A stretch of 64,000 nt of DNA, taken from the NCBI GenBank assembly GCA_951406725.2, contig OX597817.1, positions 74,648,001-74,712,000 on the forward strand. The letters run 5' to 3'. Below are positions 50,875-63,969 of the stretch, piece by piece. The notes beneath the pieces are model-generated. The model saw only the letters and a program-made list of their open reading frames with translations, made no database searches and was not told where the DNA came from. The DNA is from Octopus vulgaris. Lineage: Eukaryota. The position numbers were made by a program, and so were the translations under genes. Within the stretch, counting starts at the first letter, position 1; each line of letters begins with the position of its first letter.

Positions 50875-53800
50875 TCTCTATATATATAAAACTGAGAATG
50901 TGTGTCTGTCTGTCTGTCTGTGTGTTTCCCTAAAACTTGAGAACTACACAACCAATTTCATTCAAATTTTACACATGCCTTACTTAAGGTCCGGGGAGTG
51001 TCATTGGCAAATCTTAACTTTTTCCCTAGGGCGATCCCACAGCAATATCATATCTTCTCCACTATTTCAGTATTACGTGTTAAAAGTGAAACAAAAACAT
51101 CTCTTTTTTGTAATGCAGACATTTTCGTTTTAATACTGAAACTATTAAAGTGAAAGTATTATATAACAAGGATGAACCATTAACAAGTGGTCATCCATTT
51201 TGCTAGAAGAAGATCCGCTATGGTCTTATATGCTACACTACTGGTTTTCAATTCATATTAATCAAATTAATATTCAATTTTTCACCCTTATTATGTGTGT
51301 GTGTGTATTAGCAATTCGTATAAAATTGCATCAATAACTTGAACTTGAATAAGTGGTTTCACATAAATGGGGATAAATTAAAAAGGTTTGTTGTTATTAT
51401 TATTACTGTTTAACTATTGTAATCACGTTTGTTGGTTCCTCGTCAGGGAAACGTTGTTGTGTTGCATCTGTTAAATAATTGTAAACCATAACCCTCCCCC
51501 TTTCAGAGAAGGGGCTTTGGTTATTGTTTAAAAATTGAATTGTGTCCCTGTTTGGGGAAATTGACAATATTTCCACCGTCTTTATGGAAGCATTTTTGTT
51601 AAAATGCCTTCGATAGAAGAAAGTCCAGAAATGAATTTCGCTGCAGCCGTACACTTCTATACAAGAGGGAGGACAAGATCCAATTGATCGAAATTGCAAG
51701 AGACGGGCCTACAATTCCAGTCTGTTATATGTTTTGAGTAATGTTATCACTAGCGATATCAAGATATAACTTTGTATTTTGTATTTTATGTGTAAATGTA
51801 TATATATATAGATGTACATGTAATATGTACACATATATATACACATATATACATGCATAATATATCTACCCAAAAACACATATGCATACACACACACATA
51901 CATAGGGGCAGGTGTGGCTGTGTGGTAACAAACTACATCCCAAACACATGGTCCTGGGTTCAGTCCCACTATGTGGTGACTTGGCATGTGTCTTCTGCTG
52001 TAGCCTCAGACCAACAAAAGCCTTCTCAGTGGATTTTGTACATATATACAGGCATACATACATATATATACATGCATACGTACATATTCGGCATAAACAC
52101 TCTACCACTACAACTAATAACTGTTGGGAACACTTTCAAACCTGCCTTACATTCGAACCGGAATCTCAACGCCCGAGTTTTCCATCTGAAGTTAATCTCT
52201 CTCATGGAGCTCATACAAAAAGGGTAAGTCTTTGGGCCCATACAATGTGACATGTACACAATCGAGTGGCAAAAAGGGGCCTTCCACATGCTTAAATCCT
52301 GCTTTGGCTCTCAGCGAAGATCAATTCCAATGACATTGACAACATAAACTCTGCAGAGCTTCCTGATCCAGCTTTAGACAAAAAACTATACGAAATAGTT
52401 AAAGCAAACATGGTACATAGTCCATGTGAGCGTGGATTCAACATAAACGCACCATGCTTGAAGGACAGCATATGTTAAAAAAGATTTCCAAGGAGGTTCC
52501 TACAAGAAACACAGACAGGTGCTGATGGGTATCCATCATACAGACGCAGAAAACCAGAAGACGGAGGTTTCACAGCAACTATTGGACAGCACGATATTGA
52601 TAATAGATGGATTGTTCCATACTGCCCACTATTGTCAAAGACTTTCAATGCCCACATCAACGTTGAGTTTTGCAACTCCGTTAAATCCATCAAGTACGTT
52701 TGCAAATATGTAAACAAGGATTTTGACGCTGCAATGTTTGGACTTCAACAAGAATACTGCCAGGATGAGGTGACGCATTATCAGGTAGGACGGTACATAA
52801 GTAGCAACGAGGCTTTCTGGTGCATCATTGGCTTTCCAATTCACCAACAACACCTCGCCATTCAACAGCTTGCAGTGCACCTGGAAAATGGTCAAAGAGT
52901 GTACTTAACCGATGCTAATGATTCTCTGTTGGCAGAGGAACCAGGGGATAGCACACTCACTGCATTCTTCAAGCTTTGTCAAGTGGATCCATTCGCTCAA
53001 ACCTTGCTGTATCCACAGATTTTCATCGTACTACACTTGGAATGGAGAAAAATGGGTCCCACGGAAAGCAGGTCAAAATGTTCATGGATACCCTGGCATT
53101 AAGTTTCACTCTTGCCTTGGGCAAGTATATACAGTGCATCCCACTCAACAAGAGTGCTTCTACCTTTGTCTACTACTGCATGAGATCAGAGGGCCAACGT
53201 CTTTCCAGGCCCTAAAAACCGTTCATGGACATGTCTGCACAACATACAGAGAAACCTGCTATTGACAAGGTCTGTTAGAAGATGGTGCACAATGGGATGC
53301 AACTTTAGGAGAGGCCGCTTTATCACAATCACCTAAAAGTCTCAGGGCACTATTTGCAGTATTACTACAGGCATGTGAACTTTGTGATCCGGTCACTCTA
53401 TGGAGACAACCTGGCTGAAGACTTTCAGCGCCAAGCTCAACTGCTCTATCCTGACATGGAGGGTATCAGCAATGAAATCTATAACAAAACACTCATTAAC
53501 ATTGAAGACAGAATTGCTAAACTGGGTGGAAATGAATTGTCGATGTATGGCCTGCCATAAGCATTCAGGTCAGGGTCAAATAGCCTACCCATTGCTGTCA
53601 TTCGTGAAACAACCTACGACACTCAAGCGCTTTCAAAGTACATTATTGAAAATGAGCCTAAATTACTTCTAGACCAGCTGCAGGCCTACAGAACTATTCT
53701 TAACAGTGTACGCCAACGTGAGGGACGAATCTTCTTCCTCGATGCTCCTGGAGGGACAGGAAAAACATTTATTACAAAGCTTCTCCTTGCAGAAGTTAGG

Positions 53801-55203
53801 CAGCATCAGGACATTGCAGTAGCTGTAGCCTCCTCTGGCATTGCAGCTACTTTGTTACCCAGTGGCAGGACAGCACACTCAACTTTTAAACTCCCTCTCA
53901 ATTTTGCAGCATCCAAAATGCCTTCATGCAACATCAACAAAAGCTCAGATCAGGGACAAGTACTTAAAATGTGTCATCTAATTGTCTGGGATGAGTGCAC
54001 TATGACTCACAAGGGAGCTTTGGAAGCATTAGATAGAGCCCTGAAAGACATCCGAGACTGTCAGGCTCCAATGGGAGGTGTAACGCTTCTGTTGTCAGGT
54101 GATTTCAGGCAAACTCTTCCTGTCATTCCGAAAGGCACTAGAGCAGATGAAGTCCAAGCATGCCTAAAGTCCTCTACCCTGTGGCATCATGTTACAATCC
54201 TCAGTCTCACCACTAACATGAGAGCTCAGCTACACGGCGACAAAATGTCCACAAAGTTTGCACAGGACATTTTGACACTTGGTGAAGGCAAGATGCCTCT
54301 CGATGCTGCAGGACAAATGGAAGTGTGGTCATTTTCCTCTGTTGTTAATTCTGTAGATGACCTCAAAAACAAAGTCTTCCCCAACTTCAAACAAAACTAC
54401 CCAAATCACAATTGACTGTGTGAAAGAGCAATATTAGCTCCAAAAAACATCACTGTTAACAAAATTAATCAACAGCTAATGCATTCTCTTCCCGGCACTA
54501 TACACACTTACAAGTCTGTTGATATAATTCCAGATATAAATGAAGTTGTGAACTATCCTCCTGAATTTCTCAATTCACTGGAGCCTCCTGGACTACCTCC
54601 ACACATATTAGCACTTAAAGTTGGAACTCCTGTAATGCTACTCCGCAATCTGGAACCACCAAGACTTTGCAATGGAACACGACTGGTGGTAAAGAAAATG
54701 ATGTCACACGTTATTGAGGCGATCATTCTTTCTGGATGTGGAAAAGGTGATGACGTCTTTATTCCAAGAATTCCTCTTACTCCATCAGGAGCAGAAATTC
54801 CATTTACATTCAGAAGACTGCAATTCCCCCTTCGTGTCAGCTTTGCCATGTCCATTAACAAATCTCAGGGTCAAACCCTCTCTGTAGCTGGTCTTCTCTT
54901 GGAAGAGCCCTGCTTCTTGCATGGGCAACTGTATGTTGGCTAATCAAGAGTAGGAACCAAAAGAAACCCTTTTGTATATGCTCCACAAGGAAAAACAAGG
55001 AACATTGTTTACAACGAGGTGTTATAATCTCAAAAGCCAGGAGATATATGCATGATCCCCCTTTTTTTTAACAAACTTCATGTACTTTCATGTATTTATA
55101 TTAATATACATGTGTGTGTGTGTGTGTGTCCATATATATATATGACAGAAAAGTCTAATTCTTCAACTGAATGTAACCGGGCAACGCTGGGTATCTCTGC
55201 TAG
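50875..55203 (+). mobile_element. degenerate autonomous-type Helitron
   Basis: A|TC start with TATATATATAAAACTG; end CCGGGCAACGCTGG hairpin then CTAG|T; RepHel coding remnants. Confidence 0.9.
52085..55027 (+). pseudogene. Helitron Rep/Pif1-helicase pseudogene
   Basis: Rep: NARVFHLK, YTIEWQK(R)GLPHA, KYVCKYVNK. Helicase: [63 protein letters not shown]. Multiple stops and frameshifts. Confidence 0.92.
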
Positions 55204-55204
55204 T

Positions 55205-55251
<47 letters not shown>

Positions 55252-55642
55252 CACATGCCATCAGTAATTATTCAGGGTAGGCAGTTGGTGACCTTCATGT
55301 AGTAAAACACACAAAAAATAAGTAAAACACAGGCATACGACTCAGTTGTAGGCAGATTTACTTCTGCCTTTATAGCACATAAAGAAAACATTGTTGTACA
55401 CAGCACGTGTACTACAGCATTATTATGTGTAGCTTAAATACTGAGATTGAAAAACAGGGACAAATTATGCCTACCTAATCTATTAAAAAATGAAATATTT
55501 TCAATTTTATGCATAGTAATCAGAGTAACCATGATTTTATTGAATTAGGCACATATTTTCCCATGAAAGGAAAATGTTGCTATCAGTCTAGTCTATCCAA
55601 AGTAGGCACTGCCTACCTTGCCTACCTAGATGGCACATCCCT

Positions 55643-56028
55643 GGTGACTGTGTGGTAAGTAGCTTGCTTACTAACCACATGGTTCCAGGTTCAGTCCCAC
55701 TGTGTGGCACCTTGGGCAAGTGTCTTCTACAATAGCCTCGGGCCGACCAAAGCCTTGTGAATGGATTTGGTAGACAGAAACTGAAAAGAGGCCCATCGTA
55801 TATATGTGTGTATAAGTTTTTGTGTTTGTGTTTGTCCTCCCAACATCGCTTGACAACCGCTGCTGGTGTGTTACATCCCCGTAACTTAGCAGTTTGGCAA
55901 AAGAGACTGATAGAATAAGTACTAGGCTTACAAAGAATAAGTCCTGGAGTCGATTTGCTCAACTAAAGGCGGTGCTCCAGTATGGCCACACTCAAATGAC
56001 TGAAAAAAGTAAAAGAGTAAAGAGAGTA
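55643..56028 (+). mobile_element. tRNA-derived SINE (related copies at about 12040, 16555, 44850, 51905, 59695)
   Basis: A/B-box-like head TGTGTGGTAAG...GGTTCAGTCCC; conserved GGCACCTTGGGCAAGTGTC core; AAAGAGT-repeat tail. Confidence 0.85.
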
Positions 56029-56299
56029 TATATATATATATATATACCCCCTCCCTGTAACACGAGTGAAACATTGCTACTTCTTTACCATCTTCTCTTT
56101 TCCTTCTCTCTCTCCATTCTTGGGACCCCACAAGAAATACATATTGCTTACAGCAGACCCAAAAGTGGTGCTGCCCCATAAAAATGGTGCCTAGGGCAGA
56201 CCACCCCCTCTGCCCAACCAATGCCAGCACGGAAAATAGACATTAAATGATGATGAGGATGATGATAAGGAAGATAGTGTACATTTGTGTGTGTGTGTG

Positions 56300-56336
<37 letters not shown>

Positions 56337-56424
56337 AATTATTGTATACAGTGCTCAGGTGCACCACAACTTGTCAAAAGTGTGCATAAAGTATATGCAG
56401 TAATGTACAAATGTCTGGGAAGTG

Positions 56425-57820
56425 AATTTACCATGCTACGCCAGACTTCACGGTCCATCATGGCATTACGGAGGTCCTGTTGCTGGATGCCTGTATCCCT
56501 GGAGATTACATCAGGGTAGGAGAGTGTGCGCCCTCTGGCATTGCGAGTAGATGGCTTCCAGAGGAGGAGAGTAGAAATTACCTCTTTTTCAGCTCTACAA
56601 CAATGTCCAGCAAACTGGACTCTCCTACCTTTCACAAGAGATGACACAGGTGGTAGTTTCCCATATATTTGCATTTTGGTTGGATGGCGCTTCCACGAGA
56701 GATTTTGAGCTCTCATAAGGAGGCGAGTGTAGATTCCATCCAACCGCCTCTCAAGCTTCTTTGATAACGTCCAGGTTTCTGAGCCATATAGTAGAATTGG
56801 TTCGACTGTGGCTTTGAAGATTTCAAGTTTGAAGTCTCTACTTAGATTTGATGACCAGATCTTATGCATGTCATTACAGGCTGACCAGGCCATACCCTTT
56901 CTAGTTAGAAAATTTTTTCCAGATGATGATATGTATGACCCAAGATATTTGTAATCAGAAACCATATTTAAGGGCGCATTGTTGAGAGTATGGATGATGC
57001 AATCACTGTTGGACAGGCACTTGTTTATATATTCAGTCTTGGCCTCATTGAGGTAAAGACCTACACAATTTGAGGCTTGTTCGAGAGATTGTAAAAGAGA
57101 CTAGGCATTGGAGAGAGAATCACTGATAAGAGCGATGTCGTCAGCAAAGTCAGTGTCTGTCAAGTATTCAGCTGGGTGTCTGGAACTTCTTCTTGGTTTT
57201 ATTTCAAAGCCCTTGCCAGAGATGGTATCAACTGACATATGTAGTACATAGTCAACGACAATGATGAAAAGAAATGGGGCGAGTGTGTCTCCCTGCAGTA
57301 TTCCGGCTTTGATTGAGAAAGATGATGTTTCTCCATCAGGGGTTAAGATGGTTGAAGACGTATCTGTGTAGAGGACCTTGATGGCAGAAATGATTTTGTC
57401 TGGTATCCCATAGAGCTTAAGGATTTCAAACATCTTGTACCTATCTACAGAATCGAACGCTTTAGAAAAGTCTACAAATACCATTGCAAGATCGCGATTA
57501 AATGCTTTTGATTCTTCAATAAGTCTGCATAGGCATAGTATCTGGCTCAGCGTTGAGCGCCCATGTCTGAATCCATTTTGATTCTTTCGGAGCAAAGGTT
57601 CAACAAAAAGGACAAGACGATTTAGAATCAGTTTGTTGTACAGTTTTGCCGCAATTGACATTAGAGATATACCCCTGTAGTTGGTGACGAGGGATAAATC
57701 GTCTTTTTTGGGTATTGGGATGATTTGAGATTGGTGCCAAATCTTTGGAGCGACAAAGGTGGAAAGTGTGTGGTTGCAAAGGTTGAGCAAAAGTGTGTGA
57801 AATCTATCATCCTTCCAAAT
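56425..57820 (-). mobile_element. 5'-truncated RTE-clade LINE, RT domain with one in-frame TAG at 57101-57103
   Basis: YRGISLMS, QNGFR, FVDFSKAFDSV, GILQGDTLAPFLF, DFADD, YKYLG, LLYGSETW; the two track ORFs share one frame. Confidence 0.92.
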
Positions 57821-57959
57821 GATGATGATGATGACGATGATGATGGTGATAGTGAGGAGGAGGAGAATGGGAAAGAGGAGGGAAGGAGGAGGTGTTATAA
57901 ATAGACCTCAACAAATATCATAAAATGGTGATATGTGAGTAACAATGACAAAATGAAAG

Positions 57960-58733
57960 CAGCAAACAAGATGTTACAGGTTTATTCTGATGTCAAGTAT
58001 ATTACAAAAAAAAAACCCAATAAAATAAAAAAACCCAAAAAGGTGAGAAACGTCAAAAACTAGTACAATCTTGTGCAATCAATGCTAGAACAGGGAGAGA
58101 ACAAGTTGACATAAAAACATAAAAGATCGTGGTGGTTGTGATGGAGGTGGTGGTGGAGGTAGTGGTGATAGCAGTGGTAACATCAGAAGCAGTGGTGGTG
58201 GTGGTGCTGGTGGTGATGGTGGTGACTTTGATGGTGGCTGCAACAGCAATAGCTGTGGGGGGGGGGTGACAATGCAACCAGTGCACTTTCTTGCTGTTTT
58301 ATAAAGAGAAGTGGCAGGAACATTGACGCATAGAAGACTTGAAATATCATAGTATTGTTTTCGTTTGTGATATCTATTTTTGTTTAAAATATTAACTGTG
58401 TCAACAGAATATTTAATAACTATGTTGTACTTGTTCCCTGTTGCTGGTAGTGCAGTAGTGTATTTCGTTTGTGAAAAAGACACTTCACTTTCAAATATCT
58501 TACTCTGTTTCACTGTATGCAGATATACCACTGTGTTTAACAGCATGCAGTTGTAGGCTGAGAGGAGGTCTGTGAAATTGTCTGTTTCATTAGCTTGCAC
58601 TGTGAAGTTCAACTTCTGTGAGTGTAGGCTGGACAGGTTTGAATACTGCCAAGTTGGTTTGTGGCAGATATATTATATGGTGATGAATTTTCTTGTGTTG
58701 TCCCAATAATCCATTTGTACACCCAGCCATCTC
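57960..58733 (-). other. possible terminal exon and 3' UTR of a neighbouring minus-strand gene
   Basis: tttttag acceptor at 58734; short open frames; AATAAA at 57986-57981 followed by U/GU-rich sequence; mostly non-repetitive. Confidence 0.3.
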
Positions 58734-58769
58734 CTAAAAATTTGGGCTTATTCCAATACAAACGTCACA

Positions 58770-58987
58770 AGGTTTTGCTGAAAAGTTCCTGGCTTTGGGT
58801 AAGAGAAAATACAGGAGGATCAGTTAATTATGATTTTATTCAACATATTCCTCTCTCAGATTCACACACTTATTGCACCAGTCATTCAGTTTTTCTAAGC
58901 CCTGTAAAAGAACTTGGAAAGTTGGACCTCTAACCAGACCTTTCATGTGATATCATTAAAGACAGGAACTTTTCAGCACCCCTCATA
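58770..58987. mobile_element. mariner-type MITE
   Basis: TIR-like TGCTGAAAAGTTCCTG...CAGGAACTTTTCAGCACCCCTCATA. Confidence 0.7.
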
Positions 58988-59800
58988 TGGCATAAGAATT
59001 TATAAATCTTTTGAGACAACATGAAATAATAATTTGCCAGAGGATCTTGAAGAACATAAAGGTATAAATATTCCTTTCTACTATAGGTATAAAGCCCGAA
59101 ATTTGTGTTGGGGAGAGGGTTAGTCAATTACATCAACCCCAGTGCTCAACTGGTACTTATTTAATCAACCTCAAAAGGATGAAAGACAAAGGCAACCTTG
59201 GTGGAATTTGAGCTCACACAAAATGCCATCAACCATTTCGTCTGGCATGCTAATGATTCTCTTAGCTTTCTGCCTTTACATAAAGCTATAAATAAGTGTT
59301 GATTTCAAATTTTGACACAAGGCCAGTGGCTTTGAGAGTGAGGGTAAGTCGATTACATTGACCCCAGTACTCAACTGGTATTCATTTTATCAACTTCAAA
59401 AGCATGAAAGGCAAAATCAACCTTGGCAGAATTTGAACTATGAATGTAAAAACAGATTAACTGCCCTAAGCATTATTCCTGGCGAACTTACAATTCTGCC
59501 AGCTCACCTCCTTAAGCTATACATGAATATTAGCATGTTGATATTGTGTGTGTTTGTGGTGGAGGCGACCTTGGATGTCTACAGATGATATAGGTTTGAG
59601 TCCCACAGGCAGCCTTTGATTATTTTTTTGTCCCAAAAGGTTTTTCGATCCAACACTAACATGCTTTTATTTACTGCTTTATGTGCTTCAAGATCCACTC
59701 ACTGTGTGGCACCTTGGGCAAGTGTCTTTTACTATAGCCTTGAGCCGACCAAAGCCTTGTGAGTGGATTTGGTAGATGGAAATTGAAAGAAACCTGTCAT

Positions 59801-59802
59801 GT

Positions 59803-59875
<73 letters not shown>

Positions 59876-59880
59876 TGTGT
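59801..59880. repeat. (TG)n microsatellite
   Basis: Long dinucleotide run inside a SINE. Confidence 0.9.
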
Positions 59881-60704
59881 GCATGTTTGTGTCTGTGTTT
59901 GTCTTCCCCACCACCACTTGACAATTGGTGTTGGTTTTGTTTATATACCCTGTAACTTAGCAGTTCAGTGAAAGAGACCAACGGAATAAGTACTAGTCTT
60001 AAGAAATAAGTCCCGGGGTCTTTTTGTTCAACTAAAACCTTTCGAGGTGGTGCCCCAGCATGGCCATAGTCAAATGACTGAAACAAGTAAAAGAAAAAAA
60101 TGAGAAAAAGAGATTCTCTCAAAAAGTTTATAAATTTTAATGATGTCAGCAACATGCAATTCTTGCTACTAAGAATACATTTTCTAAAATGAGACAGGAA
60201 AATTCAAAGGATAGCTTTGATCCAATGGTAGAATACCTGTCATATTTACAGATGTGGGTTCAAGCTCCATGGGCAACCTCCAACTTTTCCTATCCAAAAG
60301 TGTTTTTTTTTACATGCAATTATTTACAGCTTTATGTACTTCAAGACCCACTGTTCCAAAAAAGAATTATAAATGTTATGTTTTACATCCAAGTGCATGG
60401 CATCGTGGTTAGGGTGCCACAATCTCAATCTTATTGTGGTTTTGATTCCCGACTGGCTGGTGCATTGTGCTCTTAAGCAAAACACTTCATTCTACTTCAC
60501 TGTTCCAGTTCACACAGCTATAAATGAGTTCTGGCAAAAAACTGGGAAGTTAACCCTGCTAGGAATTGGTATCCTATCCAATGGGAGTGTTGTAATCTCA
60601 GTCACTTATATACCATGGAAATCAGGTTAAGTTCTAACCTTAGGCTCATGAGGGTCCTAGGGCTCATGAGGGTCCTAGAGCTCATAAGAGTTCTAAGTCT
60701 AAGT

Positions 60705-61105
60705 TTACTCTTTTACTCTTTTACTTGTTTCAGCCATTTGACTGTGGGCATGCTGGAGCACTGCCTTTAGTCGAGCAAATCGATCCCAGGACTTGTTCTT
60801 TGTAAGCCTAGTACTTATTCTATCAGTCTCTTTTGCCGAACCGCTAAGTTATGGGGATATAAACATACCAGCATTGGTTGTCAAGCAATGTTGGGGAGAC
60901 AAACACAGACACACAAACATATACACACACATACATATATATGACAGGCTTCTTTCAGTTTCTGTCTACCAAATCCACTCACAAGGCTTTGGTCGACCTG
61001 AGGCTATAGTAAAAGACACTTGCCCAAGGTGCCATGCAGTGGGACTGAACCTGGAACCATGCGGTTGGTAAGCAAGCTACTTACCACACAGCCACTCCTG
61101 TGCCT
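60705..61105 (-). mobile_element. tRNA-derived SINE, same family, minus strand
   Basis: Reverse complement of the 55643 element. Confidence 0.85.
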
Positions 61106-62133
61106 ATATGACATTTGTATATGACATTTGATTATGCTTTGAACAAAGTGCCCATCATTGTTCAACAAATGAATCCTGAAATATATCTTTTCCTTTTTAC
61201 TTGTTTCAGTCATAAGACTGTAACCGTGCTGGGGCTCTGTCTCAAAGTGTTTAGTTGAACAAATCAACCCCAGATTTTAAAAGTATAGTATTTATTCTAT
61301 CGGTCTCTTTCATCAACCTGCTAAATTATTGGGACATAAACAAACCAACACTAGTTGTCAAGTGGCAGTTGAAAAGTGGGGAATTATATTCATGTTGATG
61401 CAGTGATTTCTACTGTTCACTGATGTCATTGATCTCTACATGAAATCCTGATTACTGAGACTTAGCAATCTGGTTTCATTTCCTAGGAGTTTTGAGACTG
61501 CTAAATCTTTATGCTATACTTACAATGTAGAAATCAGTTTGAATTCCACTCCTCATGCACACACACACAGACACACATGCATGCATACAGACACACACCA
61601 ATTAAATTTCAGTTTCTAGCTAGTAACATTCCACTTCATTAATTGAACTTTGGTTAATGCTGTTTATGACAACAGAAATATCTTAAAATCTTATTTTCCT
61701 CTCATCTAAAAATTAAAAAATGAAAAGAAGAGAAGCATGCACCTTTAGTCTGTGTAAGAAATCAATTTAAAAGCTTTTTAGTGAGTGCCATAGTGCAGAA
61801 TTTATGCAGAGTTTATGATGACTATATTTGTCTCTTCTCATATACTATAATTCAAGAGCTAGAGTTATTTCCAACTAAATATAACAATAGTAAGAGTTAC
61901 AGAAGATCCAATATAATAATGGGGTGGTGCATTTGTATATTAATTTTTCTGTTTCTAACATTTAAACGAAATGTGTGAAAGGGGAGGGAGGAGTAAAAAG
62001 AGATAGAGAGATAGAGTAAGAGGAGTGACTGAAAAGAGTGAGATTGGATGTGAAAGCCAAGGAAAAGGACAGAAAGTGAACAATGAGGTGAAGAGATAAA
62101 GAAAGTCAGATACTTAAAACATTGAAAATGAAA

Positions 62134-62135
<2 letters not shown>

Positions 62136-62171
<36 letters not shown>

Positions 62172-62306
62172 GTGTGTGTGCACTCTCTTGGAAATTAATG
62201 AAATATTATTAAGAATAAAGTAAAATAATATCTCATAGGCAATGAGAGAAAACGTGTTCATCTGCACGTGTTCATCTGCACGTGTGCACCCATGTGTGTG
62301 TATGTG

Positions 62307-62359
<53 letters not shown>

Positions 62360-62483
62360 ACTCACTTCTGTGTATCTTTGCAAATTTCTGGGAAACTGAT
62401 GAAAGTAAAATAATATTTGACAAGGCAGTGAGAGAAAACATGTTCATTTGTACGTGTGTACCCATGTGTGTGTATGTGCATAT

Positions 62484-62515
<32 letters not shown>

Positions 62516-62650
62516 ACTCACATCTGTAAATTTCTTGGAAACTGATTAAATATTATCAAGAATAAATTAAATATTTGACAGGCAGTGAGAGAAAATGTGT
62601 TCATTTGCACGCACGTGCCCACGTGTGTGTGCCCATGTGTGTGTGTATGT
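62136..62650. repeat. tandem repeat, about 3 units of 170-190 bp each containing (TG)n
   Basis: AGGCARTGAGAGAAAAYRTGTTCAT recurs near 62237, 62422 and 62580. Confidence 0.8.
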
Positions 62651-63674
62651 AAAAAATAGGGGAGGGACAGTAAAATTAATAAATAGAGCAAAACTGGCAA
62701 CAAGTGTCTTCTACTACGAAGTGTAAGGCAGATTATATGAAGCTTGTGTTAGAAACTGTGATACTGTATAATAGTGAGAATAGAGAGGAACTGTGAAGAC
62801 TGGGAAGAAATGAAGTGAGCATGTTCTGTCAGATAAGCAATGCAAGTGTGCATGAACCACATAGTACAAATGAAATGTGCTGAGAAATAAAATGGGTGTA
62901 TGAGGAATCAGATGTAGTCTGCGAGAAAGAAGACTGTACTGGTATGGACATTTGATGTATGTGAATGAAGCAGTTGTATAAAGAAGGGCTGATCATTTAT
63001 GGTGGATGGATTTTGTAGAAGAAGGAGGCTCAGAGAGATTTGGAACAAAGTAGTGATGGCTGATCTCAGGACCTTGAAGCTCACAGAGAAGATGACAAGG
63101 GACTGAAATGACAGGCAATATGCAGTCCCAGAAAAGACCTGCCCAGTTCAGCTAAAATGATGTTCTTGAAGCATTGTGACACTGCGTGTGTGTGTGTTGT
63201 GTGTGCATGTGTGTGCGTGCATGTGTGTGTGTATATTTTGTTGTGTCTTGGGTAAATCATTATGCCAATAATGATAACAAATACAAATACAAAAGTGTAG
63301 TGAATATGTATATATATATCATCATCATCATTTAATGTCCGCTTTCCATGCTAGCATGGGTTGGACGGTTCAACTGGGGTCTGTGAAGCCAGAAGGCTGC
63401 TTCAGGCCCAGTCTGATCTGGCAGTGTTTCTATGGCTGGATGCCCTTCCTTACGCCAACCACTCCGTGAGTGTAGTGGGTGCTTTTTACGTGCCACCCGC
63501 ACAGGTGCCAGACAGAGCTGGCAGACGGCCACGGACGGATGGTGCTTTTACGTGCCACCGGCATGGAGGCCAGTCGGGGCGGCACTGGCAATGGCCACGA
63601 TCGGATGGTTCGCTTACTTGTCACCGGCACTGGTATCACAGCTGCAATTTCCATTGATGTTGATCGGCTTCGAT

Positions 63675-63904
63675 TTTGGTTCTGCTTTCTGATATCTGAT
63701 TTGATTTGGTTTGAATTTGATTTTGATTTTGATTTTCACTTGCCTCAACGGGTCTTCACAAGTGGAGTTTTGTGTCCCAAGAAGAAAAGGTATGTATAAG
63801 TCGACTGGCTACTTTGGTTCTGCTTTCTGATATCTGATTTGATTTGGTTTGATTTTGATTTTGATTTTGATTTTCACTTGCCTCAACGGGTCTTCACAAG
63901 TGGA
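63675..63904. repeat. direct duplication of about 90 bp with (TTTTGA)n
   Basis: TTTGGTTCTGCTTTCTGATATCTG...CAACGGGTCTTCACAAGTGGA at 63675 and 63813. Confidence 0.85.
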
Positions 63905-63933
63905 ATATATATATATAAACATATATATATATA

Positions 63934-63969
<36 letters not shown>

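Noticed and set aside
53690-55027. Host PIF1 helicase gene
   Set aside because: Intronless, interrupted by stops, fused to a Rep domain and bounded by Helitron termini
58085-58612. 175-aa ORF as a standalone gene
   Set aside because: TTG start, no recognisable domain, C-terminus derived from (CAC/CCA)n low-complexity sequence
59688-62703. His-Thr and Cys-Val rich ORFs
   Set aside because: Translations of (CA/TG)n microsatellites and SINEs
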